Positions 1 to 9,328 of a DNA stretch of 44,688 bases are shown piece after piece (position 1 is the first letter of the stretch; each line of letters begins with the position of its first letter). The notes beneath the pieces are model-generated. The model had not been told where the DNA came from, searched no databases, and was given only the letters and a program-made list of their open reading frames with translations. A program made the position numbers and the translations under genes. The stretch spans positions 1 through 44,688 of the forward strand of contig SBBA01000108.1 in NCBI GenBank assembly GCA_005239925.1, given 5' to 3'. The DNA is from Candidatus Troglogloeales bacterium. Its GTDB lineage: Bacteria; Nitrospirota; Nitrospiria; SBBL01; SBBA01.

Positions 1-71
1 GAATTAAGAATTATGAATTAAGAATAGAACCTTTAAAGCCTTAATTTGTAATAAGCCAGCCTCTAGATTAT

Positions 72-668
72 TTATAGCCCTCCAGTGAGATTGTAATTTT
101 GACTAGAAGATTCTCCGGCTAAAAATGGGGTCCCTACGACATCAACCACGACATAGTTCTTGGAAAGTCGCATGACGTCGCTTACGGGTCGGTCGGTTGC
201 ATCATTGGGGTTATTGCCCATCTCAATCTCGGACATGTTGGTGAAACCGTCCTGATCATCGTCGAAATAAGTTGGCGCGCCAAAGGTCAACGGCGTTGCA
301 GCCTTCGCGTCAACGAAAACGGTCTGGCCACTTTCGGCTACCTTGACCTCCCCTACAAAGTAGGTGAGTGAGAAGCGATAATTCTGGCCCTTCGTCAGAC
401 CATCAATCCTTCCGGTCATTTTTTGGTTGGCAATATCAGGTTTTAGATCAAATGAAGCGCCGCCCTCCACAGCGACGACTGCGGTCAGATCCTGACCGCC
501 TTTATCGGCGATATGCTTCGTAAGAAAGGCCGGAATGGGAGATGAAAAGGCTTGCTCCAATACAGGGGAAGGATTATTGATGGAAAAATCGGAGTCCGAG
601 CCGCAACCCGCAACCAGGAAAATGCCCATGATAGATTGAAAAACTCGGAGCAAGGTAAAACGGCGCAT
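72..668 (-). CDS. Putative lipoprotein with a bacterial TSP3-like Ca-binding motif
   Basis: Basic N-terminus, hydrophobic stretch and lipobox VAGC; beta-rich middle; DDDQDGFTNMSEIEMGNNPND resembles the DxDxDGxxxxxE...xPxD repeat. Confidence 0.7.
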   Translation of the reverse strand: MRRFTLLRVFQSIMGIFLVAGCGSDSDFSINNPSPVLEQAFSSPIPAFLTKHIADKGGQDLTAVVAVEGGASFDLKPDIANQKMTGRIDGLTKGQNYRFSLTYFVGEVKVAESGQTVFVDAKAATPLTFGAPTYFDDDQDGFTNMSEIEMGNNPNDATDRPVSDVMRLSKNYVVVDVVGTPFLAGESSSQNYNLTGGL

Positions 669-713
669 GATTTATCCCAGGTAAATGTGAAATGTCTTTA
701 AATAAGAAGTCGG

Positions 714-905
714 CTATTTCCCCCAAATGCTTTTTATGCCACGCCATCCGGAATAAAGCATACCAATGACGATAAAGAGGCTCAAGGCCAGGGCAATGCT
801 TCTGGAGCGAGGATAAATAGATAAGCCGATATAGATCAAAACGACAAGAAGCCCTTGTGTGAATAAAAGCCATCCGACTCCATTTCCCTGTTTTGGTTCG
901 CTCAT
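714..905 (-). CDS. Small membrane protein (2 TM), hypothetical
   Basis: 63-aa ORF with two hydrophobic helices, co-oriented with its neighbours. Confidence 0.6.
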   Translation of the reverse strand: MSEPKQGNGVGWLLFTQGLLVVLIYIGLSIYPRSRSIALALSLFIVIGMLYSGWRGIKSIWGK

Positions 906-953
906 CTCGGCCTTACGGTATCACATTAGGAAAAAGGCAATCAATAACGCCTT

Positions 954-1670
954 TTATTTTTTTCCGATGTGAATGGCAACAATACCGCCCGCTCGATTGT
1001 AATAAGCAACCTCGGTAAAGCCCATCCGACGGAGCTTCTTCGCGAAGGTTTCCTGATCGGGAAATTGCCGGATTGACGCGGGGAGATAGTCATAAACCCC
1101 CGTCTGGTCGTTGGAAACCCATTGCCCTACGGCAGGCAGGATTTGAAAGGAATAAAAATCATAAAGCTTTCTGAATATAGGGTGCTGTGGCCTGGAGAAT
1201 TCCAGACAAACCATACGGCCCTTTGGTTTTAAAACACGAAAAATCTCGGCCAGGGCGCCGTCGAAATCGGTGACATTCCTCATACAGAAGCCGGTTAAGA
1301 CGGCATCCACCGACTGATCCTTTAGCGGAAGTCGCTCCGCGTTACCGCGCGCCATCATCACGCCAGATCGCCCAACCAGCTTGGCCAGGCCGCGTTGCAA
1401 CATCGCCTCGTTTAAATCGATGGCAACGACATTCCCCTTCTCACCGACCTGATCGGCGGCCAAAATGGCAAGATCGGCCGTTCCCGTCCCCACGTCGGCT
1501 ACCCGATCCCCCGGCCCTAGCTCAGCCAATTCTACCGTCTTCTTTTTCCAACGGTGATGCAGGCCCAAAGAGAGTACCGTATTGTTCAAGTCATAATAAC
1601 GGGCAATAGATGAAAACATCTTTTGCACCGTCTGCTCTTTTTTATCAGACGAAGGAAGCACGTTCTGCAT
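954..1670 (-). CDS. ubiE: Demethylmenaquinone methyltransferase UbiE/MenG
   Basis: MFSSIARYYDLNN..SLGLHHRWK, SAM motif DVGTGTADLA, RVLKPKG..LEFS, YDYLPASIRQFP. Confidence 0.93.
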   Translation of the reverse strand: MQNVLPSSDKKEQTVQKMFSSIARYYDLNNTVLSLGLHHRWKKKTVELAELGPGDRVADVGTGTADLAILAADQVGEKGNVVAIDLNEAMLQRGLAKLVGRSGVMMARGNAERLPLKDQSVDAVLTGFCMRNVTDFDGALAEIFRVLKPKGRMVCLEFSRPQHPIFRKLYDFYSFQILPAVGQWVSNDQTGVYDYLPASIRQFPDQETFAKKLRRMGFTEVAYYNRAGGIVAIHIGKK

Positions 1671-1672
1671 GG

Positions 1673-2212
1673 TTACAGACTGTTAATATTCCACGGTGGA
1701 AAGGAACGATCCCGCTCCGAAATAATAATCTCCTGCACGGGCCATCGAATTTTAAATGCCGGATCGTCCCAGCGAATGCCTCGCGCATATTCCGGGGAAT
1801 ACGGCTCTGAAACCTGATACAACAGTTCCGTATAATCCATACGTGTTTGGAATCCGTGTGCAAACTGCTCCGGTATATAGAGCATCTTGCGATTATCGCC
1901 GGTGAGCGCAATGGCAATCCACTGCATAAATGTCGGCGCGTCTTTCCGAAGATCAATAATCACGTTATAAGCGGCCCCTCGAATACAGTAGATCAACCTG
2001 GCGTCTTTATAGGGCGCCGCCTGATAATGTATGCCACGCAAGGTGCCCCGCTTCTTACAAAAATAAAGCCCGGATTGCACCCAATCCGCATGAAGACCAT
2101 GTGCCAAAAATGCTTCTCGGAAAAATATCTGCGATGAAAAGCCGAGATCGTCCTCAATCAATTCGGGATCAATGAGGTAAACCCCCGCAAGTTTTGTCTT
2201 CTCAAAAATCAT
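1673..2212 (-). CDS. rmlC: dTDP-4-dehydrorhamnose 3,5-epimerase family protein (divergent)
   Basis: GTLRGIHYQ, IDLRKDAPTFMQW, LYIPEQFAHGFQT, GIRWDDP..IRWP..ISERD; several conserved residues are substituted. Confidence 0.85.
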   Translation of the reverse strand: MIFEKTKLAGVYLIDPELIEDDLGFSSQIFFREAFLAHGLHADWVQSGLYFCKKRGTLRGIHYQAAPYKDARLIYCIRGAAYNVIIDLRKDAPTFMQWIAIALTGDNRKMLYIPEQFAHGFQTRMDYTELLYQVSEPYSPEYARGIRWDDPAFKIRWPVQEIIISERDRSFPPWNINSL

Positions 2213-2224
2213 AACAAGACGACC

Positions 2225-3163
2225 TCAAAAAACAGTATGACCTTTCGGTGCCCTCTGTTTCTTTGTGACATAATAAAAAAGTCCACTTGATCCGGAAAGA
2301 ACGCCTATACCAAGAACCACAAACACCTGTGTGTCCAATGGCAACCCGCCTCCTTTGATAGGGATAAGGATCAAGATACCCGTGAAAACGCCCCACGCCA
2401 ACCACCACCCAAAGTAAGCCACACCCGTGGCGGCATCGGCCGCAGCGGACGATGTTCTCCCGTTGGCCTCCCCAGCGAGGGAAGGCAACTTACCGCTCCC
2501 GTTGGAGGCGGTAAAAACAAGGCCAACACTTTTATTGAGAGCCTTACTTTTATGGGGCAAAGTAGCGTCTGCATTTTCGCTATGTTCGTCAGGGCCCATT
2601 TCATTAAGTAGTTTCTTTGTTATTTCCGATACGATCATCGCCTGTTGGGAGGCCATAAAGGTAAAGGGCCGATCCACTGTCCCGACGATTTTCCCGATGT
2701 CGTTTCCAAACTTAAATGCCGAGGCCATCCTCACCTCTTCAAAATTCGGGTTTTGATAGTTAACGTAATCCAGAAACAAAACACCCCCTGCTTTGTGTGT
2801 GTCAATTTCCTCTCCAATAAAATGGGTCATGGGCAGGGCAATTTTTTGTTCGGGGTAACGCTCCTCAACCAGTCGGAAGAAGGTGTGCAGCATATAGCCT
2901 TGAATCGTGGCAATGAGCGCGGCCCTTTTTTTATCATTGATTTGTGAAACAAGGCCGGGGCCGTATCGTTCTTCGTAATCCTGAAATTGCGGCAGCAGCA
3001 CTTTGTTGTAGATTGATACTGATGCGTCACGAAAGATTGCGGCTATTTGTGGAAGCTTGTCAGCCAGTTGATTTGTTTCGGCGTCCATGCAGAGCTTCCG
3101 AACCGATTTCAGATACCGATCCTTTTGATTTTTTGTGTTTTTGAAAACGTTAAAAAATGACAT
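2225..3163 (-). CDS. Hypothetical protein with two C-terminal TM helices
   Basis: Long ORF; likely start MSFFNVFK at 3163; soluble N-domain, low-complexity linker, two hydrophobic segments. Confidence 0.65.
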   Translation of the reverse strand: MSFFNVFKNTKNQKDRYLKSVRKLCMDAETNQLADKLPQIAAIFRDASVSIYNKVLLPQFQDYEERYGPGLVSQINDKKRAALIATIQGYMLHTFFRLVEERYPEQKIALPMTHFIGEEIDTHKAGGVLFLDYVNYQNPNFEEVRMASAFKFGNDIGKIVGTVDRPFTFMASQQAMIVSEITKKLLNEMGPDEHSENADATLPHKSKALNKSVGLVFTASNGSGKLPSLAGEANGRTSSAAADAATGVAYFGWWLAWGVFTGILILIPIKGGGLPLDTQVFVVLGIGVLSGSSGLFYYVTKKQRAPKGHTVF

Positions 3164-3414
3164 CCTGTCTACACCAATTAACGGGATGAAATGCAGAGTA
3201 AAGCAGACTGGGCATTCCAAGGAATACGACGGGAAATATAGCACAGCGTGATTGATAACGCAAATCTTTGCCTTCTTTTAAGGCATCTCTTATAAGGGAA
3301 TTTAGGAGGTTACGGCTTTTTGTCATACTTTGTGCCGTAACCCTGAATAGACAGGTTCCCTCGATGCCCTGCCCTGTCGTTCACCTTGTTGTAAAAATGT
3401 CGCAAATTTCTATT

Positions 3415-3442
3415 TTGCCAAAGACTTAAACTATGGTACAAT
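3415..3442 (+). promoter_or_regulatory. Putative sigma70 promoter for nuoF
   Basis: TTGCCA-16 bp-TACAAT with extended -10 (TGgTACAAT); supports the ATG at 3481. Confidence 0.55.
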
Positions 3443-3480
3443 GCCCCGTCTTAAGGGGAGTGCCAATAGGGAGTTGTTTA

Positions 3481-4785
3481 ATGCCAACATACGAGAAAAT
3501 CTTATTGAAAAATATGGAACAACCGGGATATACCGGGTCACTTTCTGATTACCGGAAGACCGGCGGTTATATGGCCCTTGAGAAGGTGCTTAAAGGGATT
3601 GCCCCCGCCGAGGTAATTGACACCATTAAGAGGTCCGGGCTTCGGGGCCGCGGCGGCGCCGGGTTTCCGACCGGCGTGAAATGGAGTTTCATTCCCAAAG
3701 ATCATCCTGGCCCAAAATACCTCTGCTGCAATGCCGATGAGTCGGAGCCGGGCACATTCAAAGATCGGCAATTGATCGAAAACGATCCACACCAAATGCT
3801 AGAAGGGATTACCATCGCTTGCTATGCCATTGGTGCACAGACCGCCTATGTCTATATCCGGGGCGAGTTTTTCCTGGGGGCAAAAATCATTCAAGGCGCC
3901 ATTGACGAGTTGTATCAGGCCCAACTGTTAGGCAAAAAGATATTAGGCAGCAATTTTAATCTGGACATTTATGTTCACCGGGGCGCGGGGGCCTATATTT
4001 GTGGCGAGGAAACCGCCTTGCTGGAATCAATTGAAGGTAAACGGGGCAAACCGCGCACCAAGCCACCCTTTCCGGCAACGCATGGACTGTATCAAAAACC
4101 GACCGTCGTCAATAATGTGGAAACGCTGTCTAACGTACCCCATATTATCAATCGCGGTCCGGAATGGTTTGCGGCGATCGGCACGGCCAAGTCCACCGGC
4201 ACCCGAATTTTCTCCGTGAGCGGGCCGGTGAATCGGCCTGGCAATTACGAGGTGCCACTGGGAATTACCTTTCGTGAAATGATTGAGGAACATGCGGGCG
4301 GTATGAAGGAGGGCAAGCGACTCAAAGCGATTATTCCGGGGGGGGCCTCGGCCTCCTTTTTCACTTCAGAGCATCTGGATGTCAAAATGGATTTTGAATC
4401 GGTGGCCGCGGCGGGCTCCATGTTAGGGTCGGGCGGGGTGACTGTTATGGATGACGAGACTTGCATGGTGGCGGCAACATTAAACCTCCTGGAGTTTTTT
4501 CACCATGAATCGTGTGGTAAGTGTACGCCGTGTCGGGAAGGCTCTGCCTGGCTTTTACAGATTTTAAGGCGAATTGAAGGCGGAGAGGGAAGACGAGAAG
4601 ACCTGGCGCAATTGGAACAGCTCTCGCATCGTATCGAAGGGATGACGATCTGCGCCTTTGGCGATGCCGAGGTTGCGCCGATTTTATCTACACTCAAACA
4701 TTTCAGGGCCGAATACGAGGCTCACATCGACGAAAAGCACTGCCCCTTCCGCCCCAACCTCGCCTTAGCCATGGCCGTCCCCTAG
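3481..4785 (+). CDS. nuoF: NADH-quinone oxidoreductase subunit F
   Basis: SGLRGRGGAGFPTGVKW, NADESEPGTFKDR, GAGAYICGEETALLESIEG, ESCGKCTPCREG, ICAFGDA; GGGAG SD before ATG 3481. Confidence 0.96.
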   Translation: MPTYEKILLKNMEQPGYTGSLSDYRKTGGYMALEKVLKGIAPAEVIDTIKRSGLRGRGGAGFPTGVKWSFIPKDHPGPKYLCCNADESEPGTFKDRQLIENDPHQMLEGITIACYAIGAQTAYVYIRGEFFLGAKIIQGAIDELYQAQLLGKKILGSNFNLDIYVHRGAGAYICGEETALLESIEGKRGKPRTKPPFPATHGLYQKPTVVNNVETLSNVPHIINRGPEWFAAIGTAKSTGTRIFSVSGPVNRPGNYEVPLGITFREMIEEHAGGMKEGKRLKAIIPGGASASFFTSEHLDVKMDFESVAAAGSMLGSGGVTVMDDETCMVAATLNLLEFFHHESCGKCTPCREGSAWLLQILRRIEGGEGRREDLAQLEQLSHRIEGMTICAFGDAEVAPILSTLKHFRAEYEAHIDEKHCPFRPNLALAMAVP

Positions 4786-4852
4786 CCCGCCACGGGCGGG
4801 GGAGAATGGAGCCCTCCCGTTGGTCGGTCTGGGCGTACTGGTGTTGTTACGC
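4783..4852 (-). repeat. Partial copy (A) of the ~115-bp structured repeat family
   Basis: tagcccgccacgggcggg..ctcccgttggtcggtctgggc..gttgttacgc matches the other copies; overlaps the nuoF stop. Confidence 0.7.
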
Positions 4853-4938
4853 AGAGTGTGGGGCAGAACGCCAGCTGCGACCCCGAACGCCGACTGCAAG
4901 CTCAAACATCGACATGCTGATAAGGCACGCTTTCTAAC

Positions 4939-4974
4939 TCCTCCCCTTTGTGGGGAGGCCAGGTGGGGATGGGT
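4939..4974. repeat. CCCTCCCC..GGGGAGG REP-like palindrome
   Basis: cctcccctttgtggggaggccaggtgggg; related to 6426-6514 and 13711-13761. Confidence 0.6.
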
Positions 4975-4989
4975 CAAAAGGAGTAACCA

Positions 4990-6381
4990 TTGAATTATGA
5001 TCTTATCATTCTAGGCGGTGGCCCAGGGGGGTATGTCGCGGCCATTCGCGCCGGACAGTTGGGGATGAAAACGGCCCTGGTCGAAAAGGAAGGGATCGGC
5101 GGAACCTGCTTAAATCACGGCTGTATCCCCTCCAAGGCCCTGCTCAAGTCAGCCGAGGTTTTATCCATTGTCCAACATGCGGCCGAATTTGGCATTGAGG
5201 TGGGTGAGGTTCGGGCCGACTTTTCCTTTATCATCAATCGTAGCGAGAAGATTATCGGCCGGCTGCAACGGGGCCTCATGCACCTGATGCAAAAAAACAA
5301 GGTGGAGGTCTTCGCAGGCCTGGGCCGATTCTTATCGCCACAGGAGGTTGAAATCCTGGGGGTCGGAACGGAAGGAAGCAAGAAAATTTGCTCCGAACGG
5401 ATAATTATTTCCACGGGCAGCCGTGTTCGCTCTCTACCTGCATTCCCCATTGATGAGAAAAGAATCTTATCCTCTGACGGGGCGCTTAAACAAACAACCC
5501 TCCCGCGCTCCATTGCGATTGTCGGCGGTGGCGCGGTGGGGGTCGAGTTTGCCTCTTTATATGCCACCTTTGGCGTAAAGGTCACGATCATCGAGCTTGC
5601 GCCCACCCTTCTTCCAACGGAGGATCGAGAGGTCTCTGCGCTCTTAAAACGCAGCTTCGAAAAACGGGGAGTAGCCGTCATGACCTCCGCTAGAATTGAT
5701 TCCGTGCGAGACAAAGGAGACGGATTCTTGATCCATCTTGCGGGATACGCAGAATCGCTTGAGGTGGAGACCGTTCTGGTGGCCGTGGGGCGAACGCCGC
5801 ATTCCAGCGGGATGGACCTGAAAAGGGCGGGGGTCGTTCTGGAAGAAAAAACACTGGCAGTTTTGGTCAATGATAAAATGCAGACCACTCAAAAAGGCAT
5901 CTGGGCCATTGGCGATGTTACCACGCGCCCTGCACTGGCGCACGGCGCCATGGCTCAGGGGATTTATGTGATCGAGTCAATTGGGGGGATTGAACGAGAG
6001 CCGATTGATCCGCTATCCATTCCGAATGCGATTTATTGCCAGCCGGAGATTGCCTCGGTGGGACTGACAGAAGAGCAGGCCAGGGTAAAAGGGATCAAAG
6101 TAAAAGTTGCGAAGCTCCCCTTCTCGGCCAACCCACGCGCACTGATCTCCAATGAAACGGAAGGGTTTGTGAAGCTGATCTCCGAGGAATCGTACGGCTC
6201 CATTCTGGGGGCGCATCTGATTGGCCCGGGGGCAACCGAATTAATTTCCGAGTTTGTTCTGGCCAAAGGTTTGGAGGCCCGGGCATTGGATATCAAACGG
6301 GCGATTCATCCCCACCCCACCCTGTCTGAAATCGCTATGGAGGCTGGTGGAGCGATCTTCGACCAAGCCATCCACTTCTAA
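4990..6381 (+). CDS. lpdA: Dihydrolipoyl dehydrogenase (E3)
   Basis: GGGPGGYVAAIRA, GGTCLNHGCIPSK, GGGAVGVEFA, HPHPTLSE; TTG start after AAGGAG. Confidence 0.95.
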   Translation: MNYDLIILGGGPGGYVAAIRAGQLGMKTALVEKEGIGGTCLNHGCIPSKALLKSAEVLSIVQHAAEFGIEVGEVRADFSFIINRSEKIIGRLQRGLMHLMQKNKVEVFAGLGRFLSPQEVEILGVGTEGSKKICSERIIISTGSRVRSLPAFPIDEKRILSSDGALKQTTLPRSIAIVGGGAVGVEFASLYATFGVKVTIIELAPTLLPTEDREVSALLKRSFEKRGVAVMTSARIDSVRDKGDGFLIHLAGYAESLEVETVLVAVGRTPHSSGMDLKRAGVVLEEKTLAVLVNDKMQTTQKGIWAIGDVTTRPALAHGAMAQGIYVIESIGGIEREPIDPLSIPNAIYCQPEIASVGLTEEQARVKGIKVKVAKLPFSANPRALISNETEGFVKLISEESYGSILGAHLIGPGATELISEFVLAKGLEARALDIKRAIHPHPTLSEIAMEAGGAIFDQAIHF

Positions 6382-6425
6382 TCTGCCAATGAGCGAAACA
6401 TTGGCTGCTAGCCACGGGGCAGATT

Positions 6426-6514
6426 CCCTCCCCCCTTGTGGGGGAGGGCTAGGGTGAGGGGGCCCAGATTGAGGACTACCCCCCACCTCAATCCTCCCCC
6501 ACAAGGGGGGAGGA
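6426..6514. repeat. Pair of inverted REP-like palindromes (BIME-like)
   Basis: ccctcccccttgtgggggagggctagggtgagggg ... ccccacctcaatcctcccccacaaggggggagga. Confidence 0.7.
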
Positions 6515-6532
6515 AGTAGAGACAAAAAGATA

Positions 6533-7429
6533 ATGATGCCACAAAGACACTTCTTAACCCCTTCACAGCCGCGCAAGGAACGGCTTCCGGATTGGTTTAA
6601 AGTCCTGCCCCAAACCGGCCCCAATTATCTGAAGATGCAGCAACAGGTTGAAATCCACAGGCTCAATACCGTTTGTGAGGAGGCCCGCTGCCCGAATAGA
6701 TGGGAGTGCTGGAACGCCGGAACCGCAACGTTCATGATCTTAGGCGACATCTGCACCCGAAGCTGCGGCTTCTGCAATGTGAAATTTGGAAGGCCGACCG
6801 AACTCGATTATCAAGAGCCACAACGCCTGGCTTCGGCCGTTTTGACACTAGGTATCAAACACGTGGTGATTACCTCGGTGAATCGGGACGAATTGGAAAA
6901 CGGCGGCGCGGAGATTTTTGCTGCGTCAATCAATGCGATCCGAAAAACAACACCCCATTGTACGATCGAAGTGCTTATTCCCGATTTTCAGGGAAAACGG
7001 GATGCCCTTGAAATCGTGTTATCCGCAAGGCCCGATGTTCTGGCGCATAATATGGAGACAGTGCCACGACTCTATCGCACGGTTCGCCCGCAGGCAAAAT
7101 ATTACCGATCGCTTGAAGTATTGTCCTGGACCAAACAGAGCGGCCTTGTTACGAAAACTGGAATGATGTTAGGGTTAGGGGAATCGGCAGATGAGGTGCG
7201 CTCGGTCATGTATGACTTGGTGGAGATTGGCTGTGATATTCTCACGTTGGGGCAATATCTGCAACCGACCCATCGGCATCTTCCCGTGGCCCGCTTTGTT
7301 ACGCCGGACGAGTTTGTTCAATTGAAAGAAGAAGGCGAGGCGATTGGCTTGCCCCACGTGGAGTCTGGTCCGTTGGTTCGAAGCTCCTACCATGCAGAGA
7401 GGCAAATCAAGGTTATAGCCGAGGTGTAG
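6533..7429 (+). CDS. lipA: Lipoyl synthase
   Basis: CEEARCPNRWEC, CTRSCGFC, LVRSSYHA. Confidence 0.96.
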   Translation: MMPQRHFLTPSQPRKERLPDWFKVLPQTGPNYLKMQQQVEIHRLNTVCEEARCPNRWECWNAGTATFMILGDICTRSCGFCNVKFGRPTELDYQEPQRLASAVLTLGIKHVVITSVNRDELENGGAEIFAASINAIRKTTPHCTIEVLIPDFQGKRDALEIVLSARPDVLAHNMETVPRLYRTVRPQAKYYRSLEVLSWTKQSGLVTKTGMMLGLGESADEVRSVMYDLVEIGCDILTLGQYLQPTHRHLPVARFVTPDEFVQLKEEGEAIGLPHVESGPLVRSSYHAERQIKVIAEV

Positions 7430-7541
7430 TAGAATAGCCCTTGTGGTTACTTCTCAGTACATCTAATGCATCATTGCTCGCATCACCACATAGCGATATT
7501 GAAAGGTATGATCCCATTCTCAGCACCATTTAGTTCAGTGC

Positions 7542-8123
7542 TTACCACAGACCTGCAATGCTGAATGTGGTCGATGAATACGTATCACCCTCTATTTTTT
7601 TGTTCGAATAATTTATGCCTAGTATCAAACGGCTCCCTTCTGAAATGGGAAGGCCGTAACCTGTTCCTACCAAGAAACCAGATCCGCTATCGCTACGTGT
7701 ATCACCAGAGAAACTCGTTTGTACAAGTGTCTTAGACACTCCAATATCACCACGCAGAAGGAAGCCATGCCCCGGCGCTTCACCAAAGAAGTGCATTGTA
7801 CTAAGTGAGTAAAGATACTGGTTGAGCTGCAAGAACGTCTTGCCATCATCTAGGCGATCATAGGAGCCACTTATAACAAAGCCGAGGATTGTTTGATCAT
7901 TTTGTAATGGCCAATAGAAGCCCAACATGTCAATGGCACCATCCGTGCGATTTATACCAGGCAGAGACTCAATGGCATTAAAGGACTCTTCAATATCTTT
8001 TGGATAACTGTTGTCTGTGATACCGATACCCCAATAGGCATACCACGGTTCTACTTCGGCTAGGGCTGGCGAAGAAACAGACAGAACCAATATAGCACAG
8101 CTACATAAGAATTTAGATTTCAT
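7542..8123 (-). CDS. Putative outer-membrane beta-barrel protein
   Basis: Signal peptide (SPALA), alternating aromatic beta strands, C-terminal aromatic residue (FSIAGLW). Confidence 0.7.
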   Translation of the reverse strand: MKSKFLCSCAILVLSVSSPALAEVEPWYAYWGIGITDNSYPKDIEESFNAIESLPGINRTDGAIDMLGFYWPLQNDQTILGFVISGSYDRLDDGKTFLQLNQYLYSLSTMHFFGEAPGHGFLLRGDIGVSKTLVQTSFSGDTRSDSGSGFLVGTGYGLPISEGSRLILGINYSNKKIEGDTYSSTTFSIAGLW

Positions 8124-8162
8124 ATTACACCTTCTATTATACGAGAAATTAACAAAATGGCC

Positions 8163-8846
8163 CTAAACCCTTTTGGTGGCCAGCATTTTTGCAGCCGTAG
8201 TGCGAATCGCGGCGGGAACCCCTTTGTCTTTTGCCAACCGACTCATATCCTGTTGCCTCAAACCCTTCAAAAAGGTCATGGAAAAAGAAAGCGGCGTTTT
8301 GGGATTCCGAGTCAGAGCCTCACGGACGGTATACCTTCGCGTCCAGGCGGCATTTCGCGCGATCGTACGCAATACCTCCTCCGATACGTTTCGTGACTCC
8401 GCCACGATCTCCACCTCTTCGTCCGTGAGCTTCGGGCTGGCTAAAACGGCCAGCGCCACCTGCCGATTGGGGTCCCTTAACAGGAGAAGGCGGGCTTCAC
8501 GATTTCCCTTTAGAGCCAATTGAATCTTTTCTGGTACCCTTAAGTGCTCAATTGCGGCCACCCGTTTTTGTAAAATTTCCGAATCAGATAGCGTATCGTT
8601 AAAGTCTGAGAAAGGGAGCGAATCGGAATCAAAAATAGATGCAGGGCCAAAGAGACGAATATAATTTAAGGTTGCCTGTTCAACATGAGGATGTCGAACA
8701 ATCTTTTTGATCAATGGCTCGGTTGTCAGAAAGTATTTGGCAATAAGGTCAAGCGTCGCGCCCTCGGTTTCCGGGCTTTCCGCTAGAAAAAACAAGGTTG
8801 ACTCCTGAAGCTGTTCGACATCAAGACGTGGTAAAAAAGTGGTCAA
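8163..8846 (-). CDS. Alpha-helical repeat (LRV-like) hypothetical protein
   Basis: EKIQLALKGNREARLLLLRDPNRQVALAVLASPKLT...LTRNPKTP pattern; overlaps the upstream stop. Confidence 0.7.
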   Translation of the reverse strand: MTTFLPRLDVEQLQESTLFFLAESPETEGATLDLIAKYFLTTEPLIKKIVRHPHVEQATLNYIRLFGPASIFDSDSLPFSDFNDTLSDSEILQKRVAAIEHLRVPEKIQLALKGNREARLLLLRDPNRQVALAVLASPKLTDEEVEIVAESRNVSEEVLRTIARNAAWTRRYTVREALTRNPKTPLSFSMTFLKGLRQQDMSRLAKDKGVPAAIRTTAAKMLATKRV

Positions 8847-9328
8847 AATTCTCCTCTCGAATGGTTTGGGTAGGTCGGCGCGATCTCCTTACGCGGCAGC
8901 AGGCCGAGAGTGGCTTTAAAGTGATCTCCTAAAAAAAGGCGGGCCTGAACCTGCACCCCTTCCGTCGTATTTTCCATGGAAATCACCTGCGCCCCCCGAA
9001 CATAGGCCCTGATCTTTTCCATCAGATCTTCTTTTTTTGCTTGCTTTGAGAGAGGTTCTCCAGTGTCAGTGTGAAGCGCCATAACCTGTTCGGTGAGCTT
9101 CCGCATGGCATCTTGTTTAGCCTGCTGTACCGCCCGTATCCTCCCCTCAGGCGACCAGTCCTCTGTCGCCCCAGTTCCAACAACAACCAACGTAACATCC
9201 GCCCAGTCCGTCTGCGGAATCGGATCGGGCACTGACTGACAGGACAGTAACGCAAAAAAGAGGATCCAGAGGGATATTATTCTGGGCGATCGCGAGAGGC
9301 CACCCCTACGATTCTTGGACTTTGTCAC
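8843..9328 (-). CDS. LPP20/FlgP-like lipoprotein
   Basis: GTG start overlapping the rapZ TGA; lipobox LLSC; RAVQQAKQDAMRKLTEQV..IRAYVRGAQV. Confidence 0.65.
   Translation of the reverse strand: MTKSKNRRGGLSRSPRIISLWILFFALLSCQSVPDPIPQTDWADVTLVVVGTGATEDWSPEGRIRAVQQAKQDAMRKLTEQVMALHTDTGEPLSKQAKKEDLMEKIRAYVRGAQVISMENTTEGVQVQARLFLGDHFKATLGLLPRKEIAPTYPNHSRGEF

Noticed and set aside
5115-5888. Long antisense ORFs (e.g. 5115..5888, 40662..41222, 15672..16076)
   Set aside because: Shadows of well-supported genes on the opposite strand, with no motifs.
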